Positions 28,419-40,805 of a stretch of 64,000 nt of DNA are shown here, piece by piece. The DNA lies in the NCBI GenBank assembly GCA_051362555.1, contig CM120647.1, forward strand, positions 3,844,001-3,908,000, read 5' to 3'. The position numbers and the translations under genes are program-made. The notes under the pieces were generated by a model. The model worked only from the letters and a program-made list of their open reading frames with translations, did no database searches and had not been told where the DNA came from. This stretch comes from Lingula anatina. Lineage: Eukaryota > Animalia > Brachiopoda. Position 1 is the stretch's first letter; each line of letters begins with the position of its first letter.

Positions 28419-28506
28419 CTTTTGTTCTGTCAGAAAGTTCCCCTTGCTGCAACTCATCTTCAGAATCTTCAGAAAGAACTAGAGGACTGGAGTCATCAGA
28501 ACCAAC
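28419..28506 (-). CDS. Exon: acidic linker (VGSDDSSPLVLSEDSEDELQQGELSDRTK)
   Basis: 88-nt AG/GT-bounded exon giving exactly the phase 0 to 1 change needed to join the CARD-like and ZU5 exons. Confidence 0.65.
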
Positions 28507-28856
28507 CTGATTACAGCAACATTGATAAAATTAAACAGGACTTTACAGATGCTAAACAGGGACAAATAAGCAGAAGCTTAAGTTACAGGTAGCTAGAGTA
28601 TACTTTTCAGACACTTACGTATTTGACCTTTACCTGACTTTTGTCCAATTCATATTGTATTTATGCCAATATTGATAATTATGTTTTTAACCTCAGATTA
28701 ATGATTTCATCGTCTAGCTTAATAACATGTTTATTTATAAATGGATTACTAAATCGGGGATTTAAAGTTTTATATATTTTCCTTTTTAGTGACATACATG
28801 TATTGAAGTCCAATCTTGCTTCAGGTAAGATGCAACGTTATGCATTAATTGCTCAC

Positions 28857-29096
28857 CTTTTCAAAGTGCCTGACAATGTCAACTGCTTCCATCGCCGTGT
28901 TCATGTCGTCGACAGTTCCTGGTGACGGAGAAACTCTCTTTAGTAATTCGTGACACCTGTCTTTCCCAATCACATCCGGATCATCTTTATCCAGAACATT
29001 CTTTTCAAAAATGTAGGACAAGCTATCGAGGTCATCTTCTATTTTTGTCCAATTTTCTTTCAGCATTTTGAATTTTCCGTTAGTTCCTTGGGTTTT
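28857..29096 (-). CDS. Exon: degenerate CARD/death-fold-like domain
   Basis: TTTTAG|AAAACC acceptor, AAG|GTGAGC donor, 240 nt, phase 0-0. KFKMLKENWTKIEDDLDSLSYIFEKNVLDKDD resembles CARD helices 1-3. Confidence 0.72.
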
Positions 29097-29869
29097 CTAA
29101 AATTAAATATTCATGACACTGCGTAATTAAATCCGTTCCAAGTTATGATAGGCTTTTATTTTCTTGTATTCGTATATACCCGTGAGTTTAACATGAAGGA
29201 ATTTCCTAAAGGTGCACTGGGCCTCCATGAACTACAAAGATCCAGAGATTAATTAAGACCTTAATAAGCTCTAGTTTAATGAATTTTTATTGGATACGTT
29301 TTATATACTACGTACTTCTATAAATACTACAAATACTACAGTAAATACTACTAAAACTCCCTATGAAGGATAAAGTCTAGTTTTTATACTCAGTTCTAAT
29401 CCTCATTCTTAAACTCATTTTGTCTTGAGATTTTTTCTAGTCTTTAGGACTGGGTACTATAAAACTGCGAGAATGTTGGCGTTTATAATTATGTGCAAGT
29501 AGTAGAATTGAATTGATGGTAGAGGGCAAAACCGGTATGATATATGGTTACTACTTATTTTGGAATATTATTTTTGTCGAGTAAATTTTCTACAGAATAT
29601 TGGTTTTCTCTCTAACTACTTCAAATCCAAAACTGAGGTGTTCCTCCATGTGTAGTCAGGTGTGTTACCTAATTAGCACACAACTCTCGAAGCAATTGAT
29701 GTATGCAGTTGCATGGTCTGTGGTCAGAAATGTGAGGGGTGGTCTTTTCGGCAATTTCTGCCCTTGAAACGCATTGGTTCAGAGAGTATTTAGAGAAGCA
29801 ACATAGGGATCGCTCTGAAATTCTTGCTCTCGTAGAAAATAGCAAGAACGGACAGCCATTGCCAGGCAA

Positions 29870-30690
29870 TGCAACATTTATCAGGAACCGTTAGTTAACT
29901 CTTCTAAAGAAATGCTACAACAGGGGCACCTACTCCAATACCTCGACCAGGGTGTCTGCGTTTCATACCAAGAAGACAGGATCGCCTTCTCCTTAGAGTG
30001 TGCCGTGCTGGTCGTACAAAGACAACCAGTGTCCTCAGAAAAGAGTGGCAGAAAGTCATTCAAACGCCCGTTTCAAGGTCCCTCGTCAACAAGAGAGTAC
30101 TGCAAGCCGGTTATTTTGCACAAAGACCAGTAGGGAAACCACTGTTAACAGCAGGTCATATACAGCGACGTCTGCAATGGGCTGGGGACCACGTGCGTTT
30201 GTAGCCCAAACTCTGGAATCACGTCGTTTTCGGGTTTTTAGGATTGTCGGTCGAAGCCGTGTCCGCCAACGTGTACGAGCGGCATCAAACGGAGATTTTG
30301 CATTGCCTAGGATGCAAGAAGGGGTTGGTAACGTCTCTGTATGGGGAGCATTTCATGCCGGTGCCCAGAACCAGTTTGTTTTTCTGGGAGGCAACTTCAG
30401 CCAGAGTTCCTACAGAGACATTCTACAGCAAACAATGCTTAGAATTGTAAAAATCATTTCCAGGGACAACTTTGTGTACAAAGACGACTGCGCAACCCCA
30501 CATCGAGCTCGCAGAATCACTGTTTTTCTTCGAAACCAATGGGTTCAGCAACTGCCCTGTTCTGTAAACTCCCCAGATATGAACCCAACTGAAAATCTGT
30601 AGGCGGAAATAACTCTCAGAATTAATAGCCATGGTCAACGACCGGTAAATAGTGATGAACTGCGAAAGGCAAATATCACTGCAAATATCA
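29870..30690 (+). mobile_element. Degenerate Tc1/mariner transposase
   Basis: KPLLTAGHIQRRLQWA, VSVWGAF, DDCATPHRA and SPDMNPTENL motifs, frameshifted. Confidence 0.88.
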
Positions 30691-30949
30691 ATATCAAATT
30701 AATACTGACTTCAAACTGTTGATATGGTTTTCTTGGGGTGTTCTTTTCTTTTGAATGATATCTTATGTCAGATTTGATGTTATTGACCAAAATATCTCAC
30801 AAAAGAATACTTGATATTTTCATCAATCAATGACGTACTTTTTTTGATGAATCAAGCCAATTTTTTTTAAAATCAGTACTAAAAAAGTAGGCTTGTTAAG
30901 GGATCAAACGCTGCATTTTATAGTGCAAATGTCTTACTTGGCATAAATG

Positions 30950-32765
30950 TTCCTTGGGCCAAAAGAAGGAATTCTACCCAAAGAGACACGCTCTATCTAT
31001 AAGGGTTATGTACTGATTATAATGGCACACCTTGATGCAAAACAGTCTATCGTTTCTTCAACCTTGGGTCCCTGGTATTTAAGTACCACATTGTATTACT
31101 CATCTTTTCTCTCCCTTCCACTCTCTCTTGTAAGGAGGGGAAATAATTAAGCAACAAAATTCTGCATCGATCTTCAGAAAAGAAATTAGTCAATGAGCCA
31201 GTGGACTGGTCCACAACGTCCAATATAGCAAAATCACATCGAATAACAGCTGACACAATTTTAACTGCAGTTAGCTAGTGTCTCTAAAGAAATAATCCGC
31301 TGCGCGCTTGAAGCTGTTGAACAAAAGGCTGGTTCGCTACCGGCCGCGGAGACCGTTTGTTTACATAAGTTCTCTAAGGGGGCGTACCTACCAAGGCGAC
31401 CAAGGGATTAGGCTAGTCACTATATGCCATCAACAATCGTTTAGCGACCCTATCATTATACACTCCCTCTATTGTATTTTCCACCGCATTAATTGCAGTG
31501 TAATCTTCAAATGGTACACGGGGTAAATATACACAGACTTAATACTAGGACAGTACTATAGATATTGGACTAAATTATGCGCAAAAAACTCATTTTTTAC
31601 CATTATGGAAGTCATTGGTGGCCGTTTTATTTCTCAAATCCAAGATGGCCGCCAAAAACCATTTTGAAATTGGGCATAATTCGCTATTTTGAAACTATAT
31701 GTATAACATCTTTGTAAATGAGTAATAAGTCGTTTTATATTATTTTCTGGTATCAGTTTCATAAAATGTAAGTACAAACTATTTAAGCCTCCAAAACCAA
31801 TATACATGTAGGCTTAAATTTTCAAATAGACTTACATGTGCCATGTAGTCTAATTAGTACAAAATGTTTTATAAAATCCTAAAGATCTTGAAACAAGTAA
31901 AAGAGATCAAAATGGCTTAATTAAAGGTAAAGAACACATACTTTGTGCTTTGGAGACAATTGGTAGCCATTTTGATCCTCAAATCCAAGATGGCCCCCAG
32001 TCACAATTTTGAAATACTGGTAAGGCATACCTCATCAATGTGAAGCTATTGCTCTTAAACTAGTATGTTGTACATCATTTCTTATCATTTGGGTTGTAAA
32101 AATCACGTGTCTTATCTCTTGTGAGATAAAATACAAAAAGAAGATATTACAAGGCTCCAACACCAATATAGGCTTACGTCTTCACCTTCGCTTGTATACG
32201 TCTTGAAGTCAAATTTGTGCAAAAATATGTTGTATAACAATTTTAAAATGGTTTTGCCAAACACAGATTAAGTGCAATAGACCAACATGTTTTGATATTG
32301 TTTTCGTGATAGTAGATTATTTGAAGGGACAAAGAGGGTGTCTTAAATGCCTACCAAGATATGTGTGAACGCTGCAAAACCAAGGATATTGGTAACCCGT
32401 ATTCAAATATATCTCAATGCATTTGAGCACCCCCAAAATAGTAGGAATCTATATATTTATCAAGTATATATAGACCAAACGCTTTTAAATTCAACATAAA
32501 ATAGCAAAATTAGGTCCACTTTCAAAATGCGGCCATCTTGGATTTAAGGCACTAAATGACCACCAATTGCTCCCAAATAATCAGAAATGGGTTTCTTGTC
32601 CCTAATTTAATCAGGTTTGATAATCTATACATATTTCTAGGCCAAAAATTAATGGAAATATGGAATATTATATATATTTTGGCACCTAATTAGCATAATT
32701 TATGCTAATTTATGCATCAATAGAGCGTGTCTCTTTGGATAAACGTTTTTCTTTTGGTCCTTAAC
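30950..32765. mobile_element. TIR element with ccaagatggc repeats, carrying a nested repeat (31025-31490)
   Basis: ccaaagagacacgctctat near 30977 has its reverse complement near 32720. The nested segment matches 3915-4109 plus 6357-6655. Confidence 0.6.
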
Positions 32766-33907
32766 AATCCTACTAAAAAGTAGTAACCCTGTATAGCTCA
32801 GCATATCTAATATCTTATTCGGTTAAGATACCCCCCCCCCCCCGGGCTTAACCTGACAACTGCTGTCCTTGAAAAGAAGTCTAATTTTACGGACACATTT
32901 CTGAACACCTGATCTTGGGTTATGACTTGTTGATAAGAGGAATTGATTGTCATTTGTTTATTTAAAAAAGGGTACACAAATATTAATAAATGTTTGATGC
33001 AGCTATGTTGATTCAACGTTGATCCACCAAAATTAACGTTGAATCAACAGTGAATCAATGTCGTTTGTCTGCTGGGAAGACACTGGGTATTTATTACAAT
33101 AGCTCAGGATATGGTGAGAACATAAGGAATAAGAAATTATAAGAAATATACATGACAGGATAAATCAGGATTTTATATTCTCCAAGTTATGCCGAGAAGT
33201 ATCACCTTAAAAGCCAGTCATTGTCGCGGATACTTTACATGACCGTTATTTAATAACCCCCACACCGAACGTCATATTAGCAGGTTTCCAAATGAAGACT
33301 TTACTGAAGAAAATGATTTTGAGGCCAAATGAGAGCCAGCCAGGGGCCGGTTCGGTACCCTCTACCAGGGTAGCAGATTATATAGGCAAAAACGGAAAAA
33401 ATCAGACCAAAATGACTGTCTATTTATCTAGGAGAATTTCTGTGAATATCTGTGGAAAATCATTCTGTGAATATCTGTTAAAATCAATTTGTTTCTCTGG
33501 TAGAGGGTACCGTTTCAGTATGGCGAAAGGCATGGACAAAAACGAGGAAAAACTGCAAGTCTAAACAGAGTTTATCATTTTAACAAAAAATCCTTGCACT
33601 ATGGTGGGTCAAGGTTTAATGAATGATGGGCAAGGAGGGAAGGGGAGAGAGCTGGTAAAAAAAGAATAAACTCACAGGGAAATATCACAATGTGAATAGT
33701 TAATGTATGTGAGTTGGTCTATGAACATAGAAAGTACATAAAGGTGACTACGTAAGCGATATAGAAATTACAGAAGACAATTTTTTTCCACCAAAAAGTC
33801 CATCAGAATAGAGTAGTGAGTACTTGTCACTAAAAACTGAATCAGCATACACACCAGAAGGAAGTAATTGACTGTAACTGATACTATAGGGTGAGCAATT
33901 TAGAACA

Positions 33908-36620
33908 ATGGCAACAGCTAGTAAGAACAAGAATAAGCCCACAGGAAAAAAAGCTGTAGGCAGTATGGCCAGCCTTCTGACTAGTACTCCAAGAAGTAAA
34001 TCTGACTTTCAGCTAGCTAAGAGACCACATACTGAGGTTGCTATCTGTAGTGCAGAGGAAAAGAAAATAATGATGGACCAAATAGCAGAAATAAGGTCGA
34101 AAATAAAAGAAACAATTAAAAAGGCCGACCTGGAGAGCATGGTAACAAACATTACGAATGTCTTAATGAAAAGAGGGGTTAAAAAAATACTCTGATAGAT
34201 ATAGAATCAAGATTCCAAGAAAATCTGATATCTATGAGACTTGACTATGTTAAACGTGTAGGGGACTTACAAGAACAGATCGACAGTCTACAGCTAGAGA
34301 AGGAAAATATGAAGGAAAATATAAGAGACAATAAAAAAAAAACAGTTGAAACAAATTGGAGAAATCTGAAGCAAAAAGAATATATGTTGCAAGGGAAGCA
34401 TCACAACTTGCTAACAGAAACGGACAATATTCTAGAAAAACTAACATTAGGGTTTTCAATCTACCCGAACAGAAAGATGAGAATGTTCGAGATCTCTTCT
34501 CCGATTTGATAAGAAAAGAACTAAAACTTGAGCTGCATTGTGAAGACGTAATTGTTGCGATTTACCGCCTACTAGCCAAACCAGTAATCAACGGACCACT
34601 GATTGTAAAGATGAGAAACTCCGAGATCAAAAGGAGGATCATGATGAAAAAGAAAGAAATAAAATCAGGGATCCGCATATATGATGACATAAATAAAAGA
34701 AACATGTCATTAATAAATAAGCTGCGACAATACGAAAAAGTAGAAAGCGCCTGGTACGTCAATTGCGGTATATACTCTCAGTTGAAAAGCGGAAAGAGAA
34801 TAAAATGTAACATAAATGATGATCTGTGTGAGAGTTTGAGTGGCTTCAAGTTATTTCTGTTATGCAATTTTGCAGACTTGCTGCATCACACTCGTCGTTC
34901 TTTGTGCAGACACAGATGTGTCTGCACATATAACTGCTATTTGTGTCTGCCGTCGTCATTGTCATCACCGTGACTCTCAAGGATAACATGATAAGTGGAA
35001 AACCACAGGTAAGGTTAGAAAATCAGCTTGTCATATTTTCCCTTCCACTCTTAATGATTAAAATCGCCACAGTAAATTGTCAAGTATTTGGTTATTCAGA
35101 GAAGAGGAAAGACGTTTTAAATTATTATAAAGGAATAATATATTCAGTGATATGCCTTCAGGATACGCACTTTACAACAAAACTATAGCTGCACATTGAA
35201 ACACAATGGGGCTATACTTGTGTCTTTAATTCATACCGCTCACATTGTAAAGGAGTTGCAATTCTTTTAAACAACAATTTTTAGTTAGTTTTGTGCATAA
35301 AACCAAGATGATAAGGGTAACTTACTCGCTGTAGACTTAACTATTAATGGCTGTCGAGTCACGCTATTAAACATTTATGGTCCGAATGAGGATTATTCAA
35401 AATTCTTTGATAGGGTTAGGGAATGCATACTCGATTTCGAAAATTCAAACATTATAGTGTGCGGAGAACTTAATATCACAATGGATCCAATTTAAGATAC
35501 TTTTAACTACGATAGGAATAATACCCAAGAGCTAGAAAAAAGTAATTGAAATTATTGATGAATTGGATCTGGTAGATTACTACAGAGTTATAAATCCTTC
35601 CAAAAGATAATACGATTGGCACAAAAATAACCCAATTAAACATAGTGGTTTGATTATATCCTAATTTCAGATAACCTTTCTTGAAAATCTTGTCACTGAC
35701 ATCTCAATTAAAGCACGTTACAAATCAGATCACTCGTCAGTGGTCTTAGAATTAAAATTTAATGATTTCGTTATGGGCCCCAGTCTATGGAAATTGAATT
35801 GTACTCTTCTAACCAACAGAGAGTTTGTTGACAAAGTAAAACTGGCCATTAAAAGAATAAAAAAAACAATATGCCAATATCTTGTTTAAAGTATCCATAA
35901 TTGATTGTATTCCAGAAGAAGACCTGCAATTATCCATATCCGATAGTCTATTTTTGGAAGTGCTACTAATGGAAATAAGGGGAGTAACTACATGTATATC
36001 ACGTGCAAGTGCAAAGATAAGAACAAGAAGGAAAAGAAACTTATTGATGTGATACAAAAACTTAAAGACGACAATGACGCAGGAAATCTAGTACATAATG
36101 GCATCTTGGAAGAAAAAATACAGTCACTAGAAACATTAAGGAAAGAGAAACTACGGGGAAGCATGGTAAGACCACGTGCATATTGGGTTGACGAGGGGGA
36201 GAAACCGACGCAGTATATTTGTGGTTTAGAGTCCAGAAACTTTCTGAATAAAAGTATTCAGGTGCTAGATATAGATGGAAAAGGAACAGTTTATGAACAG
36301 CCAGAAATCCTTCATGGGGTGAAACTTTTCTATGAAAACTTGTATTCAAGCAAAGAAAATGAAACAGATGATGAAATTTACTAAAACCGTAGTCCTTTAA
36401 TAAATTGGACAATGTTACTGCTCAGGAATTAGATCAAGAATTTACATTAACTTAAATCCTAAGTGTTATTAAATCAATGAAGAATAACATGTCCCCAAGC
36501 AGGAAGTGATGGCTTTACAGCCGAGTTCTACATGTTTTATATCAAGTACTTTATCAAAAGAGCTATAAATGATTTTTTTAAATGTTGCTTATCTCACAAA
36601 GACTCGGAATCATTGTTTGT
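33908..36620 (+). mobile_element. Degenerate L1/Tx1-clade LINE: ORF1 plus ORF2 endonuclease and tether, truncated at the start of RT
   Basis: ORF1 coiled coil with YSRKTNIRVFNLPE and PLIVK; ORF2 IATVNC, ICLQDTH, NIYGPN, SDHS, LWKLN, EGEKPT, DGFTAEFY; many stops. Confidence 0.88.
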
Positions 36621-36819
36621 CTCCCACGTAGCCTCTCAAAATCACAACGCTGTTGGTCTCAAAATGATTGACATAATGATTGACAAAATGTTTTATTACA
36701 TCATTAAAAATATCTTGGTTGAAAATACTTATTACAAGGAAATAGCTTTGGACTAATATATTAGAATCCATATTAGGAAAAAAGTTAACCCAGAACTTAA
36801 ACAGAGCAGATTTTAGCAG

Positions 36820-39800
36820 TTAGCAGATTTCCAATTTTCTGCAATATCTCTGGAACTAGACAGGCGAATATGACAAATGAAGTGTCTTTACCTATATATT
36901 CAGGGTCGAGGAACATTATTAAGATGTTTCTGTTAGAATTAGATTTACGCAATTTTCCTAAATATGCAAATTAGGATCGCCATTACTGAAAAACCGTTTT
37001 ACTTCTGTATCTCTGTAACTAGGCAAGCAAACATGACAAATGAAGTGTCTACACCTATGTTCTCAAGGTCAGGTAATGTGATAAACCAGATGTTTTTTCT
37101 ATCAAACACAAGTCAATCTGCTGATAGTTAGAACCTGCCGTCAGAACTGCTCTTACATGTACATACGTGTCAGCCAAACTACCAAAGCTCACTGCATTGT
37201 CAGGCTTTCCCAGTGAAATATTTAGTGCTTGCCCATTAATTATAAGGCAATGTGAGCAGAGGCAGATCCAGGATTATTTGAAGGGGGTCCGTAGGTGCAA
37301 AGCCGACCCCCCTCCCACTTGGCAACGGGTTAGGGGCCTGTTGTATGGCCCCGAATATTTTTTGGTATTTAAGGGGGCGAACGGTGGCAATTGGTGAAGT
37401 TTACAACTATGATTCAGCTAGTCAAATTTATAATTTTAAGTGGGGGACAAAAATTTGAAGGGGGGGGGGTCAGGACCCCTTTGATCCCACCCCCTCTAAA
37501 TCCGCCACTGGGTTAGGCGTCATTCAGTTTAATTTCATGAGGGCAGACAACGTCTTCTGTTAACCTTTCTGTTAATACAGATTTGGTCTCAACGAAATCG
37601 TTTAGAAGCTAAAGAAACTGCTCAGACGTCTAACTTGCTATTAACACAAAAATGCTTTCCGTATCGTCAATCATTTAATTGAATTCAATATAATGTCAGA
37701 AGATTAAAGCTAAAATTTAAAAAAAATTGTTAATTAAATTGAAACGATATCAATGGGTAACCAGTAATATGCTAATGGAAAAATCGCTGAAATGAATGAG
37801 GTGAGATGCCATCGTGTACTTGAAGTATACACATACATGTTGACATTTAATATGGACAGTTTTAGTTCAAAAGCAAAGTGTTAATGATAAATTAACTTTT
37901 TAGAAAAGTTGATCACATACGACAATTGTGATCAGGTATATGTGTAGCCAGGTGTGTTGGTTATTGTTCATTAGGCTGCTTTCTCTGAAGCGCGGTTATA
38001 TTACATAATATGTGGCAGTTTCTTTGAGCAATCCTCTTTGGCTGGTTACAGAATACGTATAAAAGGGCAGCAGTTCTGCAGAATAAGTCTCCATATATCA
38101 ACAACGTCCAGTCGGAAGAGTTTGATGTTTTGCAGACTCTTAGCTGACCCTATGGTATGTGAACTAACGCCAGCAACTTGCCACACTATTGTTGCATTAT
38201 GCCAGAATGGACAGAAGCAAACTGCTATTGCCAGACAGCTGAATATATCCCAGGGAGCAGTTTCTAACGTCTTACAAAAACACGTCCAGACTGGTACATT
38301 AACACGGAGACCACGACCAGGACGTCCTAAAGTCACCACCAGAAGGGAAGACCGCTTGCTTCTGTGGTTATGTCGCAAGTACCAGACAAAGACAATTCTT
38401 GCTCTACAAAATGAGTGGCAAATAACATTCAAAAGCATGTTTTTAGATCTCTAGCGAATGCAAGGCTACTTTTAGCTGGATATCTCTATGAACAGCCACA
38501 GCACTGGGTTCATGTAGATTTTTACAGATGAGGCATGGTTTGAGTTCCACCACCGCGATGGCTGAATCAGAGTCAGTAGGCTTCCAGACGAGTTACCGCG
38601 CGAGGATTGTTTCACCCTACGGTGATTTGTGGCCGTGGCAGTATCTGTGTATGGGCCGGTTTCCACGCTGGAGCCAAAACACTACTGGTGGAAACCTCAA
38701 CCAGATGAAATACAGGGACATTTTAGATAATACTTGCTTGCAATTTGCAAGAAGGTACTTCCAGGACAACTTCATCCTGCAAGATGACAATGCAGTAACT
38801 GCTTTTCTGCAAAACAAAGTGGTAAACCAGTTGCCTTGGTCGACGAAATTCCCCTGACATGAATTCTATAGAAACATGTGGGCATAAATCGCTAGCAGAA
38901 TCAAGAGTTTACCCGTCCAGCCTACAAATCGGCACAAGCTTAGGCAATCTCTGACTAACACACTAACACTAACTGGATCAAACTCTCAGAAACCTCTCTG
39001 CATGGATCCCTCGCTGAGTGAGGGGTCTGGTTGCAGCTAGAAGAAGCTGCAGGCGTTGTTATCAGTTTCCATTTTTCACATTTGTCATGATGATTCTTTT
39101 GTGTAAGAGAAAACCCTTACCAACTGATATTCTTGATAATATCAAGTTGTTATCCACTATAATACCTCGTTCTCAGCTATAAAATTATCCATGCGCTGTT
39201 TATAACGCTGATTTCAATACGTATTTAAATTAAATTTTTGATGATGTATTCACACGGGTTGATTTATTAAAGCCATATCGAACATGATAACAAGTGTTTT
39301 TTCATTCATTACTAATATATGGGGAAAAAATCAAAGAAAATATGTTTGAAAAATCCATTTTAAATATCAAGTCTGTACATTGCATCACATGAATTACTTG
39401 ATTCAGTAAATCCCTCCATTGCATTAGCAAGGTAATCTTTTTTAAATCTAGCTAAAAGGGGCAGTTGTGTGATCCAAAATGTTTACATCCCAATGGCAGC
39501 GCAGCATTTAATTGCAAAATTCAATTCAGATTCGAATAATTGCTACAATATGACAGTGTATCACTTATTACTGATTTGGTTAAAGTGAAAATTTCTTAAC
39601 CACCTTCCCTAATGCTGAAAACATGGGTGTGGGCACTTCATGTGTCATGTTTGGTTGTTTAGTTAACGTAAGAGCAGTTCTGAAGGCAGGTTCTAACTAT
39701 CAGAAGATTGACTTGTGTTTGACAGATACAGGGAAGAAACAATAAAAGGTGCTACTCACACACGATTCACAAAGTCAGTACTACCCATCAGACAAGACAT

Positions 39801-40067
39801 CTGATTTATCACATTCCCTGACCCTGAGAACATAGGTGCAGACACTTCATTTGTCATGTTTGCTTGCCTAGTAACAGAGATACAGAAGTAAAACGGGTTT
39901 TCAGTAATGGCGATCCTAATTTGCATTTTTAGGAAAATTGCATAAATCTAATTCTAACAGAAACATCTTAATAATGTTCCTCGACCCTGAATATATAGGT
40001 AAAGACACTTCATTTGTCATATTCGCCTGTCTAGTTCCAGAGATATTGCAGAAAATTGGAAATCTGT
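36820..40067. repeat. About 330-bp inverted repeat pair (36820-37155 and 39670-40067) enclosing a Tc1 remnant
   Basis: cagatttccaattttctgcaatatctctggaactagacaggcg... is reverse-complemented almost perfectly at the right end. Confidence 0.85.
38154..39060 (+). mobile_element. Degenerate Tc1/mariner transposase
   Basis: IARQLNISQGAVS, RPRPGRPKVTTRREDR, FTDE and ILQDDNA motifs. Confidence 0.88.
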
Positions 40068-40411
40068 CGGCCACTTTTTTTTACTTTTTATGTCTGGAAA
40101 ACTATATATTTACAAGTGCCTGAAACAAAAAAGACCCCAAGCTTTCAAGGTCTTTTGGGTTACGCAAAATTTATGTATCATGTTTAAAAAAATTATTGCT
40201 TTGCGCCATGGGTCTTGCATATATAACAATTCTTTTAAGCAGTGGGCACAATGGCTGCCACTTTTTGTTGAAGGGGAATAGTAATAGCATCTCTTTCTTT
40301 ATAGTTTGCGATTTCGCTTTTTATTTTATTTCATTTTTTGTTTTATTTTATTACTTTTTGTTAATTAGCAGGGACTTAAAGATGAAGCTACTATATTTGA
40401 GTGTGAAATGG

Positions 40412-40805
40412 CAGGGCCGTAGCCTGAGCAAAATGCCAGGGGGGGGGGGGGCAGTAAGCGGACACGAGGGGGCAAAGCCCCCGAGGGGGGAGGGTGTGGA
40501 AAAATGTTAAGAACTGTATGTATAATGCTGCACTCTGGTGCATTTTAACTGTTATTTATTGCTCAATCAGAAGTCAGAAATTGTGGGTTCATTTTGCCAT
40601 AAGTACAGTCATTTTTTCAACACAACACGCCAATTGGACGTTTTGGCATGAACTGAGTTGGCTAAAACAGTAAACTTTTGTAAACAGATTGTTGATTGAT
40701 TGTCTGGTGGCCATGAGTGCATTTCTCACAGAATTGATACCAACTGTGCAGCTGCCCCCCCCTGCCCCCCCCCCCCCCCCCCCCCCCCCGGAGGCTACTG
40801 CCCTG
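40412..40805. mobile_element. hAT-like MITE with a 5-bp TSD
   Basis: Termini CAGGGCCGTAGCC...GGCTACTGCCCTG, with aatgg on both flanks. Confidence 0.6.

Noticed and set aside
28407-28592. Plus-strand exon-like ORF (KVPLAATHLQNLQKELEDW...)
   Set aside because: It overlaps antisense the 88-nt minus-strand exon needed for frame continuity, and no partner plus-strand exons were found.
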